This document shows, piece after piece, positions 1-14,365 of a stretch of DNA of 64,000 nt. The DNA lies in contig NC_135655.1 in NCBI RefSeq assembly GCF_964188315.1, positions 81,654,001 through 81,718,000 of the forward strand. The letters run 5' to 3'. Each line of letters starts with the position of its first letter. Positions within the stretch are counted from its first letter, which is position 1. A program made the position numbers and the translations under genes. The notes below the pieces were generated by a model. That model had not been told where the DNA came from and ran no database searches. It was given only the letters and a program-made list of their open reading frames with translations. The stretch is from Podarcis muralis (taxonomy: Eukaryota).

Positions 1-2779
1 AATAGCATGCAAAATATATACAGTGCAATGTCACATACTCAGTTGCTAGATTTTGCGCTGCCCTGATGGACATACGTCAAAGGACGGTTTGTCTCACAAA
101 CCAGGCCTAAACAGAAGGCCCATAATGCAAGACCTCTGCTGCTTCACGTTCCCTCCCTTATAGTCACTTTTAACTGTTTGTCTTTTCTCTCTTTCTGCTT
201 TAAATTTATGTGAGTTATAACCACTTTTAACCATTTGCTTTTACCACTCTCCTCTTTAAGTCTTATGTGCTTTATTTTATTCGCATGTTTGTATCTTATG
301 CTGGTCTGCGACCTTAATAAAGTTTGTTGTCGTTGTACAGTGCAATAAAGACACACAGTCTTGCAGTAATATCCACCCACCCTGCTCATATTAAATTAAA
401 GCTTGCTGGCTGGGAAGACTCAAGCTGGTGCTCTTGAGCTCACTAAAGAGCTTCTGAACCAGCATATGCCTCTACTAATGGAAGTGTGGGGGCTATATTT
501 GCATATTATACCCCCAGCCCCTGAAAACAGGCTGCAGATAATTGGCACACCTGTCAGAAGAGGGAAGAAGGTGACACAGAGGCAGGAGAGGTGAAATCAA
601 CAAAAATTGCTTGCTTTCTCTTTGCTGGATCAAAAGCACTTATGTGAAAGTAAGGGCACCAACTGAAATGCACCCACACTCAACTTTAAAACGTACACTT
701 ATTCTTTAAAGTGCTTTACAATTCTATTCGGGTTCAATATTTCCTGCTTTCCTTTTATTTTTCCAATCACATTTGAAGGGATCTCTGAAATATTCTGACA
801 TGTGTCCTTGCCTGAATAGTTGCTAGAACCTTCTTCTCTTCATTATCTACAGGGAAGGGCAAAGTTCTCATCATACAGTACAGGATATGTTTTCTTGCAC
901 AAAGATCAGCTTATCACTATATACTGTCTCTTCTAAGTGAACCAGGTTTTCCAAATAACTGGAAAGAACGGGAAACACATATACAGCTATGATTCATTAC
1001 TGATTTATACTTTTCATGATAAAATACATTTAAGGAATGGAGACATTACCACAGTATACTCACTAATTAGTTAAACTTTATCAAGATTTAGATATGATGT
1101 AGTGTAACTTTTACCTAATCAAAGCCTCTATCACATGTGAATCACACTGGCCCCACCTTCAGACATGGGTGTTGATTTCACACAAACACACCATGGAAGC
1201 AAAGCTGAAAGCCCAATAACTCTCTGTGAACCACATGTACATCGCCTTGGGTTCCATAGTGGAAGAAAGGTAGGATATAAAAAGAATAAATTTTCAGAAA
1301 TAAAACAATGCCATGTGAGTCTGGGTATTCCACAGATGGACACTACTACCAAGAAGGCTATACTCAGATGACAGAAGTGCCTGGAGTGAAGTTTCCAAAG
1401 AGGACCTTAATGCACATACAGGTTGGTGTAAGAGCAGGCATCCCTTTGGGTACTTGAGTCCTAAGCCTTGTAGGACTTTAAAGATAAGCTGCAGCACTTT
1501 GAATGGTACTTGGAAATGGACTGGAAGCCAATGTAAGTTTCTGAAGACCAGTGCGATGCGTTTCTACTGACCAGCCCCTGGTGGCTATATCTAGAACTAA
1601 CTGCAGTTAATTCTTCAAAGATTCCCACATTTCAGTAATTAAGCCTAGGTGTTACAGAGCATAGAAAACAGTGGGCATCAGAATACTGTATAGGTGACAT
1701 GCCATATAGAACAGAGGGGAACAGTTGGGGTTGCAGGGAGAATTATCAGTATGGAAATATAAAGGAGGAAACAATTGATAAATGATTGTACTGATCAAGG
1801 AGTATGCATGCTGTATAGGTGCAGAAGGAAAGAGGCTTAACAGAGAGGAAAGAAAAAGGATTAACAGGTAATGACTTAAAAGGAAAAACAACAAGCTAGA
1901 ATAGTACCCCCCAAAATTTCCTAGTTAATGTTACCATGCAATCTAAGTTAATATCTAAAAGCGGCCTTCAAATTCATTTAAATTGAGGAGTTAGGATAAT
2001 AAGGAAAACATAAGATGCTTCAATTCCTGAAGTGCTTGTTCAAGCAAACATTAACAGATGAGGGAGGACCTGCTCCATCCATTACCAAGGTGACTTTGTG
2101 TACAGGAGATAAAAAGGTTTACTTCCTGAAAAGCAGGGCAGAGGCAAATGCTGGGATATCTTCTTAACACTTTCAATCAGTCTTCCTTAAGTAAAAACAT
2201 GGGGTCTATATAACTGCCCAGGAAGCATTTGTGAGAAATACAGATGGCATGCTCTCCTGAATAATCCCTAGAGAAGAAACGAAACTTCTTCACTTTTCCA
2301 CCATATGAACACAAAGTAAGAAGCAAAGGAGAGGAGGGCTTGGTAAAGGTAAGAAGTGAAATATGATGTACAATATATAAAAGTATCAGCTAGTTAACAA
2401 GTATCTTTGCTTTTCAGCAAGATCTTTCAAAGGGTTACTTATGGAAAGCGTTATCCTCAGGAGAATAATTAATGCCATCTACATTTTGCAAGGCTATGAT
2501 TACACACCCAACACAGTATGGAAGACAAGCCCCGTTTCTATATTTCCAACTTGGTCCCCTCACTCCAACTATCGCCACACACCTATAGGCCGGGCCCAAA
2601 ACTATAATTACAAACCTATTAGTAGATACGTTACCCTTAAAACAAGCGGCCTTAAGTAGGCCACCACCTTGTCAAGTGACCACGGTTTTATAGAACAGAA
2701 AGTGGGGGGGGGGGGGAGAGGAGAGGGGAGAGAGAGAAGGAGCTTATCGGGAAAGGAACTTATCCACTCATGAGTATTA

Positions 2780-3720
2780 CCGACAACACAAGCTGCTACC
2801 GGCACGGAACTCAAAAGAAAAACACTTCGCAACCCTCTAAAAGCGAAAGTAACAGTAGCTGTCGCAAAGAGAGAGCGGGGGTGCGGCGGGGGCCACCTAC
2901 GCGGGAAGGGCCCTGAGGGGACGTAGGTGGGGTGGAAGTTACACTCTCGGCCAGCCCACGGCAGGAAAAGGGTGGGATGGGGAGGTAAGGCGAGCGAGGG
3001 GGAAGCACGCGACGCGGCTACTTCCTTCTCTACTCCCTCACTCTTCACTACCCCGAGGAAGGGCAGGGAGACGTTAGGCCCCGCCGAGCCGTTGCTGAGG
3101 GAGTCCCCCTCCACGCCCGCCTCGCCCTTAGGTGGAGGTGAGCCTCTCCCTCCCGTGCCCTCGCTACCGTCACTCCCCGGCCCGCCTCGCCTGGCAACTC
3201 ACCCGCCAAAAACGTTCCCGCTGGTGCCGCCGCCGCCGCCGCGCCTGGCTCCCGCCCTGTGAGGCGAGGAACTCGCTCGCTCGGCCCAAGCAGTGAGAAG
3301 AAGCACCAAGCAAGGGGCGCGGGGCGCGCACGCGCGCTCTCAAAGCCGTCCGGGCTCGCGACGCGGCTCGCCGGTTGGTCAGGTTGCTGCTCGCCCGCGC
3401 TCCCCCACGCGCGCGTGCGCACTCGCTCCCCAGTACACCCCGCCTTCGCCTTCCTTCGCTCGCGCTCTCGCGGGCATGCGCGGGAAGCGATAGGCTGAAT
3501 GAAGGAAAGGATTCGTTTGCGTAAAAGGGGAGGAGCCGCGCGTCTACAAATCGTGATTGAGGGAAGAGAGGAGCAGCAGCAATAGCAACAGCGGCATTTC
3601 CTCACGCATGCGCGGTCTCGTGGTACCCGAGAGGACCAGGACCACCTTACGAAAGAACTGGGAGGGGTAGGGACGAAAGTATAGGGCGAGCATGCGTGAA
3701 TCGTCCTCCCGTATGCAGAT
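2780..3720 (-). promoter_or_regulatory. CpG-island promoter and probable non-coding first exon of a minus-strand gene; probably ZDHHC5 by synteny (no coding exon in window)
   Basis: Very CpG/GC-rich. Minus-strand donor GCGG|GTGAGT with exon end at 3203. NRF1-like CGCATGCGC near 3605. Human order is ZDHHC5-CLP1-YPEL4-MIR130A-SERPING1, so identity is inferred from position only. Confidence 0.55.
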
Positions 3721-5714
3721 TATTTCTTGACGTCCCACTTCCAAGCACCTTATTGGAACGCTGCGGCTGAGATTGACAAACCTGATATCCAGTCGTTTAT
3801 TAGACTTCATATAAGGTGACGATCTAGTGGTGTCATTGATTTAACACGGAATTGCTGATTAAAATCTCTGTTGCAGTTTGTAGTGGATCATTTGTAATTG
3901 TATTTCTAGATATCTCAACGTTCTTTTAATATACATAAATGTGGTTTGTGTATGTATATATATATATGAGTTTAATTAAATATTACGCAAACATTTTCAC
4001 CTGCACCTTTTTAAAAAATCTGTTTTTGTTTTTTTTAAAAAAAATAATTTTTAAAATGTGCTGGGTACTGTCCTGCAGCACTACCTTAAACGTGTATACT
4101 CATTTATTTCAAAGGGTCTTAATCCCTAGTAAATTATAGGATCGCTGCATTAAACACACTTCTACTTTTGACAAAAGGACTCATTGCACAAGACAAGTTT
4201 GGACTCTTAAACATAAACATTTCACAGTCAGCATGTGTGAAAACAAATTTGCATGTCATCTCGTGTTCCTACCTTAATATTTATACAGTTCTGTATCTGA
4301 AGAAGTAGGCTGACACTGATCAAAGCTTCTGTTGTATTTAATATTAGCCTGAAAATGTATTATTTGATCTGTACTTTAATTAAGACCATATTTCATCTAC
4401 ACCTTGTGAAGCAAGCTCTCCATCTAGCTGTGAGAGATGTGAATTTTTAAAAAAATGCAATTCTTGTATCCTGTACAGTATTCTATTTTCAGAATAAAAC
4501 TTACTGTATTTGGAAACATGGAATGCAGAAAGTCAAGAGAGCAGTTGTTTAAAAGGTGATGAAAGAGGGATGGTGAGTACAGTGTCACACATCCCCTAGG
4601 ATTTGGAACCTGAGGGCAATACTTGAGATCGATGACAAATAAACACCATGGGATTGGAGGTTTAATGAAATGACAAAAGACCATAAGTTGTGGAGAAAAC
4701 AGAGAAGCAAGATATTTTGCGGTAACTAGGATTGAAAGCATATCTACAGTACTGTATAGACTTAAAATAGTTTAAACAGCCATTCATTCCTTCTTCCCAA
4801 GGAATGATAATTTTGTGCAGAAAGGCTATAGAAGTTTCCAGCACATTTGCTAAATGGTAGTTTACAGACATGACTGTTAAACATAGAAGTTTGTGCTTTA
4901 GATGCATTCAGTGTTTTTTTCCCTGGGAGTACTCAAGAGTAAGCAGTACCAGCACCTTTCCCCGCAAATGTTAAAAGTGTGGTACTTACTGCAACAACTT
5001 AATGGTGAGTACTGGCACCTTTTTTTTATTAAAAAACAAGACTTCAACAGAGTATGTTCCAGAAGGAAGCCCCAAGATATACTGTATGGACATTTACAGT
5101 GTTTTTTTTGAGATATGCAGGCATCGTATCAGTGTGTGACACTGAATATTTTTAGGGGGCACTGAATACTTTGAACCTACAATTTTGGTTTGGCTGAATT
5201 AGCATCTGCTACAAAGCAGGGTGGGAAATGTCACCAAAAACTGCTCCATAGCACATATTTTGTAGATAAACAGGGCTACAGTAAGATAACATTACTAAAA
5301 TAAATAAGCTTTTGTATTCATGATCATATGATCCCTTGATCACTTTCCTCTGTGGTGTAATACTTCACAAGAACTAAGATGTCCAGACACAAGCCAGGCA
5401 ATTTAAGTAGCTGTGGTTGGAACAGACTAAACTGAAATGATTTAGTTCCAGATTATTAAATTACAGCTAGCGTCTACAGTTTTTTCCACCTAAAATCCAG
5501 AGGTAAACAAATGGCAATTTGAAGATATGTAGCAACTGCCCAGAGAGCCAGGGGCTTTTGAATGGAACTTCTGAGGCTAGTGCAGGATGACAGCCATGGT
5601 TGACTCAAGACATTTTGCTTCCTGAGGCAAAGAACACAAGTGACCCCACATTCTAAATGGACTGACAGCAAAATCTTATTTCCAACACTGACAATCGAAC
5701 AGCATCCTCTACCA

Positions 5715-5849
5715 CAGGCATAGGCAAACTCTAGCCCTCCAGATGTTTGGGACTACAATTCCCATCATCCCTAGCTAAGAGGACCAGTGGTCAGGATGAT
5801 GGGAATTGTAGTCCCAAACATCTGGAGGGCTGGAGTTTGCCTACGCCTG
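5715..5849. mobile_element. Palindromic hAT-type MITE (135 bp)
   Basis: CAGGC...GCCTG termini, long inverted arms, exact 8-bp TSD CTCTACCA (5707-5714 and 5850-5857). Confidence 0.9.
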
Positions 5850-6761
5850 CTCTACCATACCTGAGGACAGAAGGCTAGCATAAGGGACACAGGGCAGCCT
5901 GTATGGCCCACGCTGTTCTTTTCTCCAACACCCAACTACTCATTCACTTCTTTGCCTAGCCCCGTCTGCTGTCCACACAAATAACTGCTCATCTCACAAG
6001 CAGAGCAATGCATGCTGGAGTGTGCAAGTTGGCCTGGCTCCCTTTCTGTCTGCTTGCTAAGTCAGGAGCCTTTCCCACTTGTGATACATTGAGAGAAGGC
6101 AACTATGATTTGAGAAAGCTAGCTAGGCAGCCAGTCTGCACAGGCCCAGGAACAAGCGAACATCACCACAGCGGATGGGCAGGGAACAGCCAGTGGTCTT
6201 ACTAGGAACGGCTTCTTCAACCCCACTCCCTCAGTAGCTGCTGCATGAGGCAACCATCTCTCCCCCCCCCCCCAATGGTAGGGTCAGCTCTGCCTTTGAC
6301 TGGATACGGTATATCATTGGGCTGCAGCTAGGCTGCCAGACCTGCTCTGACAGTGGTACAGAGGTCTTCTTTTTTCAGTCTGGTAGCCAATTGTTGTTAA
6401 CTCTTCAGATTTTTACCATACAATTCTGTGCATCTTTATGCAAAAGGAGATTTTACTGTGCTCAGTGTGGCTTATGCCCAGGTAACTGTGAACAGAATTG
6501 CAGCCTAAACAATGTAAATGCAATTTGTTAACATCTTTAATTTGTGATCTCAACTCCATGTTTCTTTTTTCTTTCACTATCCATAATCACAGATGTCTGT
6601 TGAGAAAGTTTAAAACAGCAGGCTTAACTTCTCACAAGATCTGACAACTGCAATCCATGTTGTGGAAACAATTAAAAGAACAAGTGATCACTTGATGAAC
6701 TGCTCAGGGAAACCTACCATTTAACAAATCAGTTATGTAAATACTGATCCTTAGATCAATA

Positions 6762-6858
6762 CAAAATAAAAACAATTCCTTCCAGTAGCACCTTAGAGAC
6801 CAACCAAGTTTGTTATCGGTATGAGCTTTCGTGTACATGCACACTTCTTCAGAATTCT
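6762..6858 (-). mobile_element. Penelope-like element terminal fragment with minimal hammerhead ribozyme core
   Basis: Minus strand reads CTGAAGA-A-GTGTG-CATG-TACAC-GAAA-GC-TC (6852-6823). Flanked by the 11-bp duplication TTAGATCAATA (6751-6761, 6859-6869). Confidence 0.7.
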
Positions 6859-7127
6859 TTAGATCAATAGTTAGTAAAAATAGGTTTCAACCACCACTTT
6901 AAGAGCAACAGTGACGGGCTGAGCACTACAACATGGGGGAGGGGAGTACCCTGCAGGGGACAGAAGTGTTGTCTTCTTCCCCTTCCTCACCAGGATGTTT
7001 ATCTTCACTATCTGCTCTCGATTTGCAGACTTTAAGCAGCAGGATTTCATCCTGCCTGCTGTTTGCCAGCTTTGGAAGGGGTCACAGAAGCTCGAACAAC
7101 TGTGTTTATGAAAATTCTCTGACATTA

Positions 7128-7342
7128 CAGTGGTACCTCTGGTTAAGTACTTAATTCGTTCCAGAGGTCCGTTCTTAACCTGAAACTATTCTTAACCTGA
7201 AGCACCACTTTAGCTAAAGGGGCCTCCCGCTGCCGCCGCGTGATTTCTGTTCTCATCCTGAAGCAAAGTTCTTAACCCGAGGTACTATTTCTGGGTTAGC
7301 GGAGTCTGTAACCTGAAGCGTATGTAACCCGAGGTACCACTG
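7128..7342. mobile_element. Tc1/mariner-type MITE
   Basis: TIR CAGTGGTACCTC...GAGGTACCACTG with TA duplication. Same family as 52481-52722 (opposite orientation). Confidence 0.9.
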
Positions 7343-7703
7343 TACTTTTTTGAGTATTCATGTTTTATTTAAATTGGGGTCACTTGTAGATCATTGGATC
7401 ACTTTTTAAATACAAACTTTTAGCCTGAAACAGTAACCTGATTTTGGAGGTATGGGGAGAACCGTTCTATTCTAGGTCAGGTTTAGTAGAGACGTTCTAG
7501 TATTGCTTCACATTCTGGGAAACAGTACAATCCTAATCAAGTCTACTCAGAATTGTGTTTGAGTCACTTCCATGAGTAAAGTTACTAATAAATATTAATA
7601 TACTAATGATGATATCTGATTTAATTCAATGGAGCTTACTCCAAGGTATGTAGAGTTAAAACTGAAGCCCAAATTTGGTAGTTTTCGGTGCAAAGCTCTA
7701 GCA

Positions 7704-7997
7704 CAGGGTGATAAAATGGCCCTCAACATTTGACACCCCCTCCCGCAACAGCCATTGCACACAGGGAAAGCTGGGCTTGGGGAAGGAGGTGTGAGGGCTC
7801 TGGCAGGGTCCTAGAGTCCTCCCACCTCCTTCCGAAAGCCTAGTTAGTGCTTTCCCAGCTTTCAAACAGAGGTGGGAGGTTCTAGGATGCTGCCAGAGGC
7901 AGCTTTGGGAAAGCAGCATGAAGCTGGGGGGGGCAGGGGGGGCACATGTCACAAGCACTCTTGTAGCCCACTTGGTATGAAAAGTTGGACCGCCCTG
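7704..7997. mobile_element. Non-autonomous hAT (Charlie-like) element
   Basis: CAGGG...CCCTG ends and degenerate 8-bp TSD CTCTAGCA/ATCTAGCG with the TCTAG core. Confidence 0.65.
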
Positions 7998-8331
7998 ATC
8001 TAGCGTATCAGAATGGATTTTCATACTATGTTTCCATTCATAAGCCTAAGTCATGTGCCTAATTGCAAGCTTCCTATATGAAAATGGCTAGTGGTATTTG
8101 TAAGCCATGTTCTTTGAAGTCAAAATTACCACTGCTTTCTTATGCACATTTTTATGTATGTCTTTTTGCCCGATGGAATATTTCTTCTCATCCCTGTATG
8201 CTTATTACCCAAACAGTCCCCCTTTGTCCTGCCTTACCCTGTATCTATATGCACATGTTTTTTAATGCTGAAACTAGGTTTTAGTTACATGTAGAGAGAA
8301 ACACAAACATGAAACTATCAATATTTTGGAA

Positions 8332-8337
8332 TTTATT
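8332..8337 (-). terminator. CLP1: CLP1 polyadenylation signal AATAAA
   Basis: AATAAA on the minus strand about 400 nt past the stop, followed by a GU/U-rich tract (GTTTCATGTTTGTGTTTC). Confidence 0.65.
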
Positions 8338-8742
8338 AAAGTTAAAAATATCTATATATAAAGTTTTTTTTTTAAAAAAAGCCCTCTTTACACTATTGTC
8401 ACTTTCAGATAAGACCAGTTTAAATGAATGACACCTCAAAGGAGACCAATTAACTAGCTAGCAGACAACACTTTTGTCCATTATAGTGGTTCAATAAGTC
8501 AAACCCGCGAATTTTCTAAGCTTCATCTTCTACCATTCTACTCAGGGATTCATTCCAACAATGAAGAGAAAACAGAAAGGACTATTTCAAATTGTTCAAA
8601 CTATGTTCATCCCTTATTGTGCTTTCTCTCTCTTGCCTGGTCTGTGTGAGATGCTGTTCCATCCAGGATTGTAATGGGTTTGTTTGTGAGGGAGCTAGCA
8701 GTTGCCTGGCGGAGTCTTATCATTTTCTTGCAAAGGCCGGTA

Positions 8743-9543
<801 letters not shown>

Positions 9544-10685
9544 TTACTAATACTGAAGTTTTAGCTTAGTCACACCCCACCCTGCTTTTCAAAAGTGAAT
9601 CTGTATTACTTTTCTATAAACATATGAAGCTGCTTATTCTGAGCCAGACCATTTATACAATTAGCCCATAATTGTCTACTCTGACTAGCAGCAGTTCTGC
9701 ACGGCCTCAATAACTTTCCCAAGCCTGTGACCTGAGAGCATTTTAACTGTAGATGCCAGAGAAATAAGTTGGAAACTTAAGAGGCATAGCATACCTTCCC
9801 CAACCTGCTGCCCTCCAGATATTGGATTTTGATGGGAGTTAAGCTGAAATAAGCTCCATGAGCAATTCACTGTGTTTGCAAAAGACTAAAGCCTGCTGTT
9901 TTAAAGAAAAGTTTCCAGATCAAACAAGCAGCATCATATGTTTATTCAGCGCAGATGTTGTCTTCATTAATGTTTTCTTCAATAATGAAATCATCAGAGT
10001 GGTTTTTAAATATTTGCCTTCATCAGAGACACATCAAGCCAAACATATTAACAAGATCCTTCCTAAACTGTCCTGCCTTACACAATTTACTTCTTAAACC
10101 AGTAAAACCAGCATGTCTTGTGTTAATGTCTTTGTGTAAAGGATAACGATCTGGAGTTTCATTGGTGTGGTTTTTAAGGATTTGCCTTAATCAGAGACAG
10201 GTCTGTTATCCAAGTCAAATATATTAACAAGACTCTCCCTAAACTTGTCTTATACAATTTACTCCTTAGATAAGTAAAACCAGCATATTTTAGTTTATTG
10301 CCTTGTATAAAAGATAAGGATCTGAAGAGTTATCGACCATTAACAGCCTAGTCCTATGAAGAGTTGCAGGTGCCTATGCCTGTTCAAATAAAATGGCTTA
10401 GGCAGCCCTACATCTACATTGGTCTCCAAATTAATGACAGTTGGAATATAACAGCATGCTGAAGCAGATTAACAGGGCTCATGATAATAATTTATTGACT
10501 AGCCATCTCTTGTTTGTCCTCCAGCATAACATAGTCAAAGGTGAAAATGGAAATTCAATTTCTAACTATCATCCCTATTCTCAGTTTGATAAGGATATAG
10601 AAAACCTAGCCCAGCCCAGCTCCATGAGACTAGGATGCATGCAAAGGATCACCATATCGCATACTATTTCAAATATGCTGCTTAC

Positions 10686-11291
10686 CTTGTTATAGAGTTT
10701 GATGTTAGTGCCAGGTGTGGTGGACCCAAAGTGATAGACCAGAGGGGCCTGAACCGAGAAGCCTTCTTCAACATCTGCAGGTCGCTCAATATAGAGTGCC
10801 CCCATGGTGCCTGGGATAGAGATTGAGCCCTGCCCTACATCCAGCTCCACAAAAGTGGGCCGGCGCCCTAGGCGCACAGCATAATTCAGCAGCAGACGGC
10901 AGACTGTTGACTTTCCTACATCCGTGGGGCCCACCACCATGACACGAGGTCCCCGTTCATCCTCACGCTCAGCCTGCCACCGCATCTGTTCCAGGGCTGT
11001 ATGGGTGTTGAGGTACAGCAGCATGGGAGTGTCCTTGGAGACGTAGGCTACTTCAGTCCGACCGGTTAGCTGTACTGAACAGCCATGCCAGGTGAAGACA
11101 GCCACTTTGGCACCAGCATCAAAGGTGAATTTCTTGTTGCGTGTCAGTTCCGTTCCAAAGACCTCAGCCATGCCTGTCAGAAGCTCTAGTTGGACCATTT
11201 GTGAAGCTTCAACCTCAAAGCGGAGCTCAGTCTCCCTCTCCAACTCAAACTTGGCCACCAGTTTCTTTTCATCTCCAGCTTCCTCTGCCAT
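10686..11291 (-). CDS. CLP1: CLP1 first coding exon, aa 1-202
   Basis: [10 protein letters not shown]...IKLYNK|gtaag, 606 nt. Walker A GPTDVGKS (K127) and R140 are present. Both exons total 425 aa. Tandem TAGCAG acceptor in the 5'UTR (11310/11307). Confidence 0.98.
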
Positions 11292-12705
11292 CTTGTTTCC
11301 TTTGCAACTGCTATGGATAAAAAAAATTAATTAAACCAACTCATGTTTTAAAAATGAAACATCTACTCTTGTCAGAAAGCTTGCAAAAGTACTGAGGTAT
11401 CTTTGCTCTCCTGGTGTCCCATCTTACATAACATGTTAAGTTGGACAAAAATGCCCCCAATTATATATACATTTTTCAAAGGATGGACACCTTGCTTTCC
11501 TGTTTATTCTCTAACCTAAATATGTTTCTGGTTAGGCAGGAAGTTTCCCCAGGTGGTCCAGGGAGTCTGAGGGTTTGCCATTGCTGGGGGACTGCTAATT
11601 ATCACTGGCCTAAACGATCTGGATGGGCTTGTCAAACCATACATTGAATTGTAAAGATCACAGTTGCACACTCAAATCTCAGCTTAATCAGCCAAGATAT
11701 GCACAACTTTCAGACACCTGCACACATCCCCTATGCACCATGCTTTGTGTGAATGAACAGACAAGCCAAGAAACTGCAATTAGCCACAGCTTCCCTTCAC
11801 AGACAAACCAGGAACAACAGTGAATTGCTTCCAAATGATCCAGGTTCTGGAAGCCAACTTTAAACCATAGCTTTATAATCTGGCTTTAGAAGCCATTGGC
11901 AGTAATGATTAACCATAGCTTTATGAGCTGTTTTGCCAAATGAGCTGCCTGAAAATGCTTGAAGCTTCTGCACATCTCAGCTTAAATTGAGATATGATTG
12001 TGCAAACACAGTACAGCACAAACTTCATCCATCCCTCTTCTTTTGCTTGTGGTACACATTATAAGCTGGATGATGTGCCTCTATAAGTGGCTGCATGGGC
12101 TGGCTATAAACGTGTGCCTGGTGGCTCCATCTGAAGAAGACAGCTAGGGCTCCGTTTTATTTAGGTCCCTAGTCAGCAACCAGTTTCACTGGAGGATCCT
12201 TCTGAAGAGAGGGTGGAGGAGAGCAGCCCAGTGCTCCCACACCACAGCAGAGTCTCAGCAAGACTTCTAGCGGCAACCTTTCCCCCACATGCTTAACTAC
12301 TGAATTGGCATTGTACGGAGGGGGGAGGAGATCGATCCTGGGGTTGAAAGTTGCTGATCTGTCATTTTGATCCATCTGGAACAGTTTCGTTTCCGTAAAA
12401 GCGAAACCGTTCTAGATTTAACCAACAGCCAAAGATTAGGATCTATCCGTATGTCGTTGACACTGGGCGAAACACTGCTTCGCCAGCGGGGTTTCAACCC
12501 CCACCCCGTTTCGAGTGTGGACAACCGCGCAGCTATCGCCCCGTTTCAGTGCCTGCCTGGCAGCACAGAGGAGAAGGGGCCTAAGGCGAGGCGACGGGCA
12601 AGACTCTTCCCCACGAAGAGGCAGTTGCGCTCCTGCCTTCGCGAAGGCTGCACGTCTCCATGGAAACCGACCCGAGGCCTTGAGGACCTGAGGAAAGTCA
12701 CCCAC

Positions 12706-12895
12706 CTACTGAATCCACAGGGATCCAACCACACGAGTCCCGGATCGGGCCAGGCAACGGAAGTGTCGGTTGTCCCGGAAGTGACGGCCGCAGCGATTGT
12801 GTGATGTACGCATGCCCCTGAGACGCCTCCGCCTCCTTCAATTACCTGACGGGGAAGCGGTTGGTGTTCGCGCGGCCCGCTGGGAAATGTAGTTT
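12706..12895 (-). promoter_or_regulatory. CLP1: CLP1 promoter and non-coding exon 1
   Basis: Donor TAG|GTGGGT at 12706/12705. Tandem ETS/GABPA-type CGGAAGTG motifs (about 12757-12786). ZNF143/THAP11-type ACTACATTTCCCA motif (minus, 12893-12881). Small CpG island. Confidence 0.75.
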
Positions 12896-13048
12896 CTGAG
12901 CTCCATTTTTAACCCTTTGCTGTTCAGCTGCTAAATACAAACAAACAACCGCGGAAGCACGTTTCCTACTCTATAGTGCAGGGTTATTTCCTTCTCACCA
13001 CCTCAGATCAAAAACACCCATCTGGAAAATTTCACTCTCCGTGGTTCT

Positions 13049-13050
<2 letters not shown>

Positions 13051-13100
<50 letters not shown>
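13051..13100. repeat. (AG)25 microsatellite
   Basis: Perfect dinucleotide run. Confidence 0.95.
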
Positions 13101-13102
<2 letters not shown>

Positions 13103-13959
13103 GAAACCCACGCAGCCATGAATAATTTCTGCATCTCATCTTTTGACAGAAAAAGGCGTATCATTGTCTTTGATTATTTGCTTACAAATTCAAGAAAGAC
13201 TCCTGCTATGCCAAACATCCACCCAAAGAAAAGCACACTAAAGATTTATTGTGGAATAAACTTCCTTGGACCAGAGACTATAAAAGCTTATGCCACAAAA
13301 GGTCTCATGGAATTTATGTTTTCCCCGGATTCTCTTTTACTATTTGTTTACTTAGAAAAATACACAATGTTGGGCATCAAAGCCAGTACTAAGTCTTCCC
13401 AAAATAGTCTGTTTTGTTTTAAGGGTTCAGCTGATGAACTTCCAGGTTCTTACTACTCAGACAGATTGTACCTGCTGCTTGCTACTCTGCACTGAGTCAG
13501 TTGGGTGTAACTGCCCACCCCTGCAAATCTCCAGTCATACCATTACAAAGTTCTCCTTCCCTCCAGCATTGTTCAGTAGCTAAATGTGCTTTATTGGGCT
13601 GAACAGCAGTTTAGAGGCAATGAAGTTGCAAGGATGTCACTTATGGAAGAATCCTATACATGTCTATACAGAAGTAAGTCCTATTGATTTCAATGGAGCC
13701 TACTCAAGGCAAGTGGCTATGGGATTCCTGCCTTAGTTTGCCTTGCTGCCCTGAACAGGTCCACCCAACAGGATATTTTATGCTTTTTCCATTTGCATCC
13801 TTTAAAATGTCAGTTAGGGGAAATGTTCATAATATTTTATTATCAAACCACAACTATGTTACATAGCTTTTTTTTGGGGGGGGGGGGGGGTCATGTCGCT
13901 CCATTCTTCAGTTGCAGCTATGGAAGGTACCCTTCTCACTCCACTTAGTTACTGACTGA

Positions 13960-14365
13960 AGCAGAAACAACAGCAAGTGTAGGTGGGGGCCTTTTCGGAA
14001 GTGGTCCCCAGACTGTGGAACTTTCTCCTCTTGCAGCTCTTCAGCCTCCAACCTGCAAACCTTTCAGTGGGTTTAAAAAGCCCATTTATTTCAGAATTGC
14101 CCTCTCCTAAATAAAGCCTTCATTGTTAGGGGGGGGCAGAGGCAGGGGGGAACTAACTTTTAAAATAGTTCTTCACATTTGCAGGAAATTTACATTGCTG
14201 TTTTGTTTCAACTGGTCTACCTTTTCAAGTATTTGCTAACACTGCTGCTGTTGCTGGGTTTTTGGATTGCTGTATGTATTGTGTTTTTATGACATTGTGA
14301 ACCACCTTGAATGGGCTGTGCCAAAAAAGTGGCAAAGGGCCTATAAATAGTATTATAAATAAAAG
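13960..14365 (+). mobile_element. Old LINE (L2-like) 3' fragment
   Basis: Degenerate resemblance to reptile L2 3' ends (TGTGGAAC...CC, TTGTGAACCACCTTGA...ATAAATA tail). Judged by eye. Confidence 0.4.

Noticed and set aside
21-346. CAGTGCAAT matches to the 5' part of miR-130 at about 21 and 338
   Set aside because: No hairpin partner, and the location is intronic. Consistent with chance.
2608-3810. Long overlapping ORFs in CpG islands (also 15637-17232 and 32947-34116)
   Set aside because: Low-complexity Pro/Arg/Ala/Gly translations expected from GC-rich promoters, with no family similarity.
4297-4330. Second hammerhead-like string CTGAAGAAG...CAAAGCTT
   Set aside because: GAAA is mutated to CAAA and stem II does not pair. 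At most a decayed Penelope remnant.
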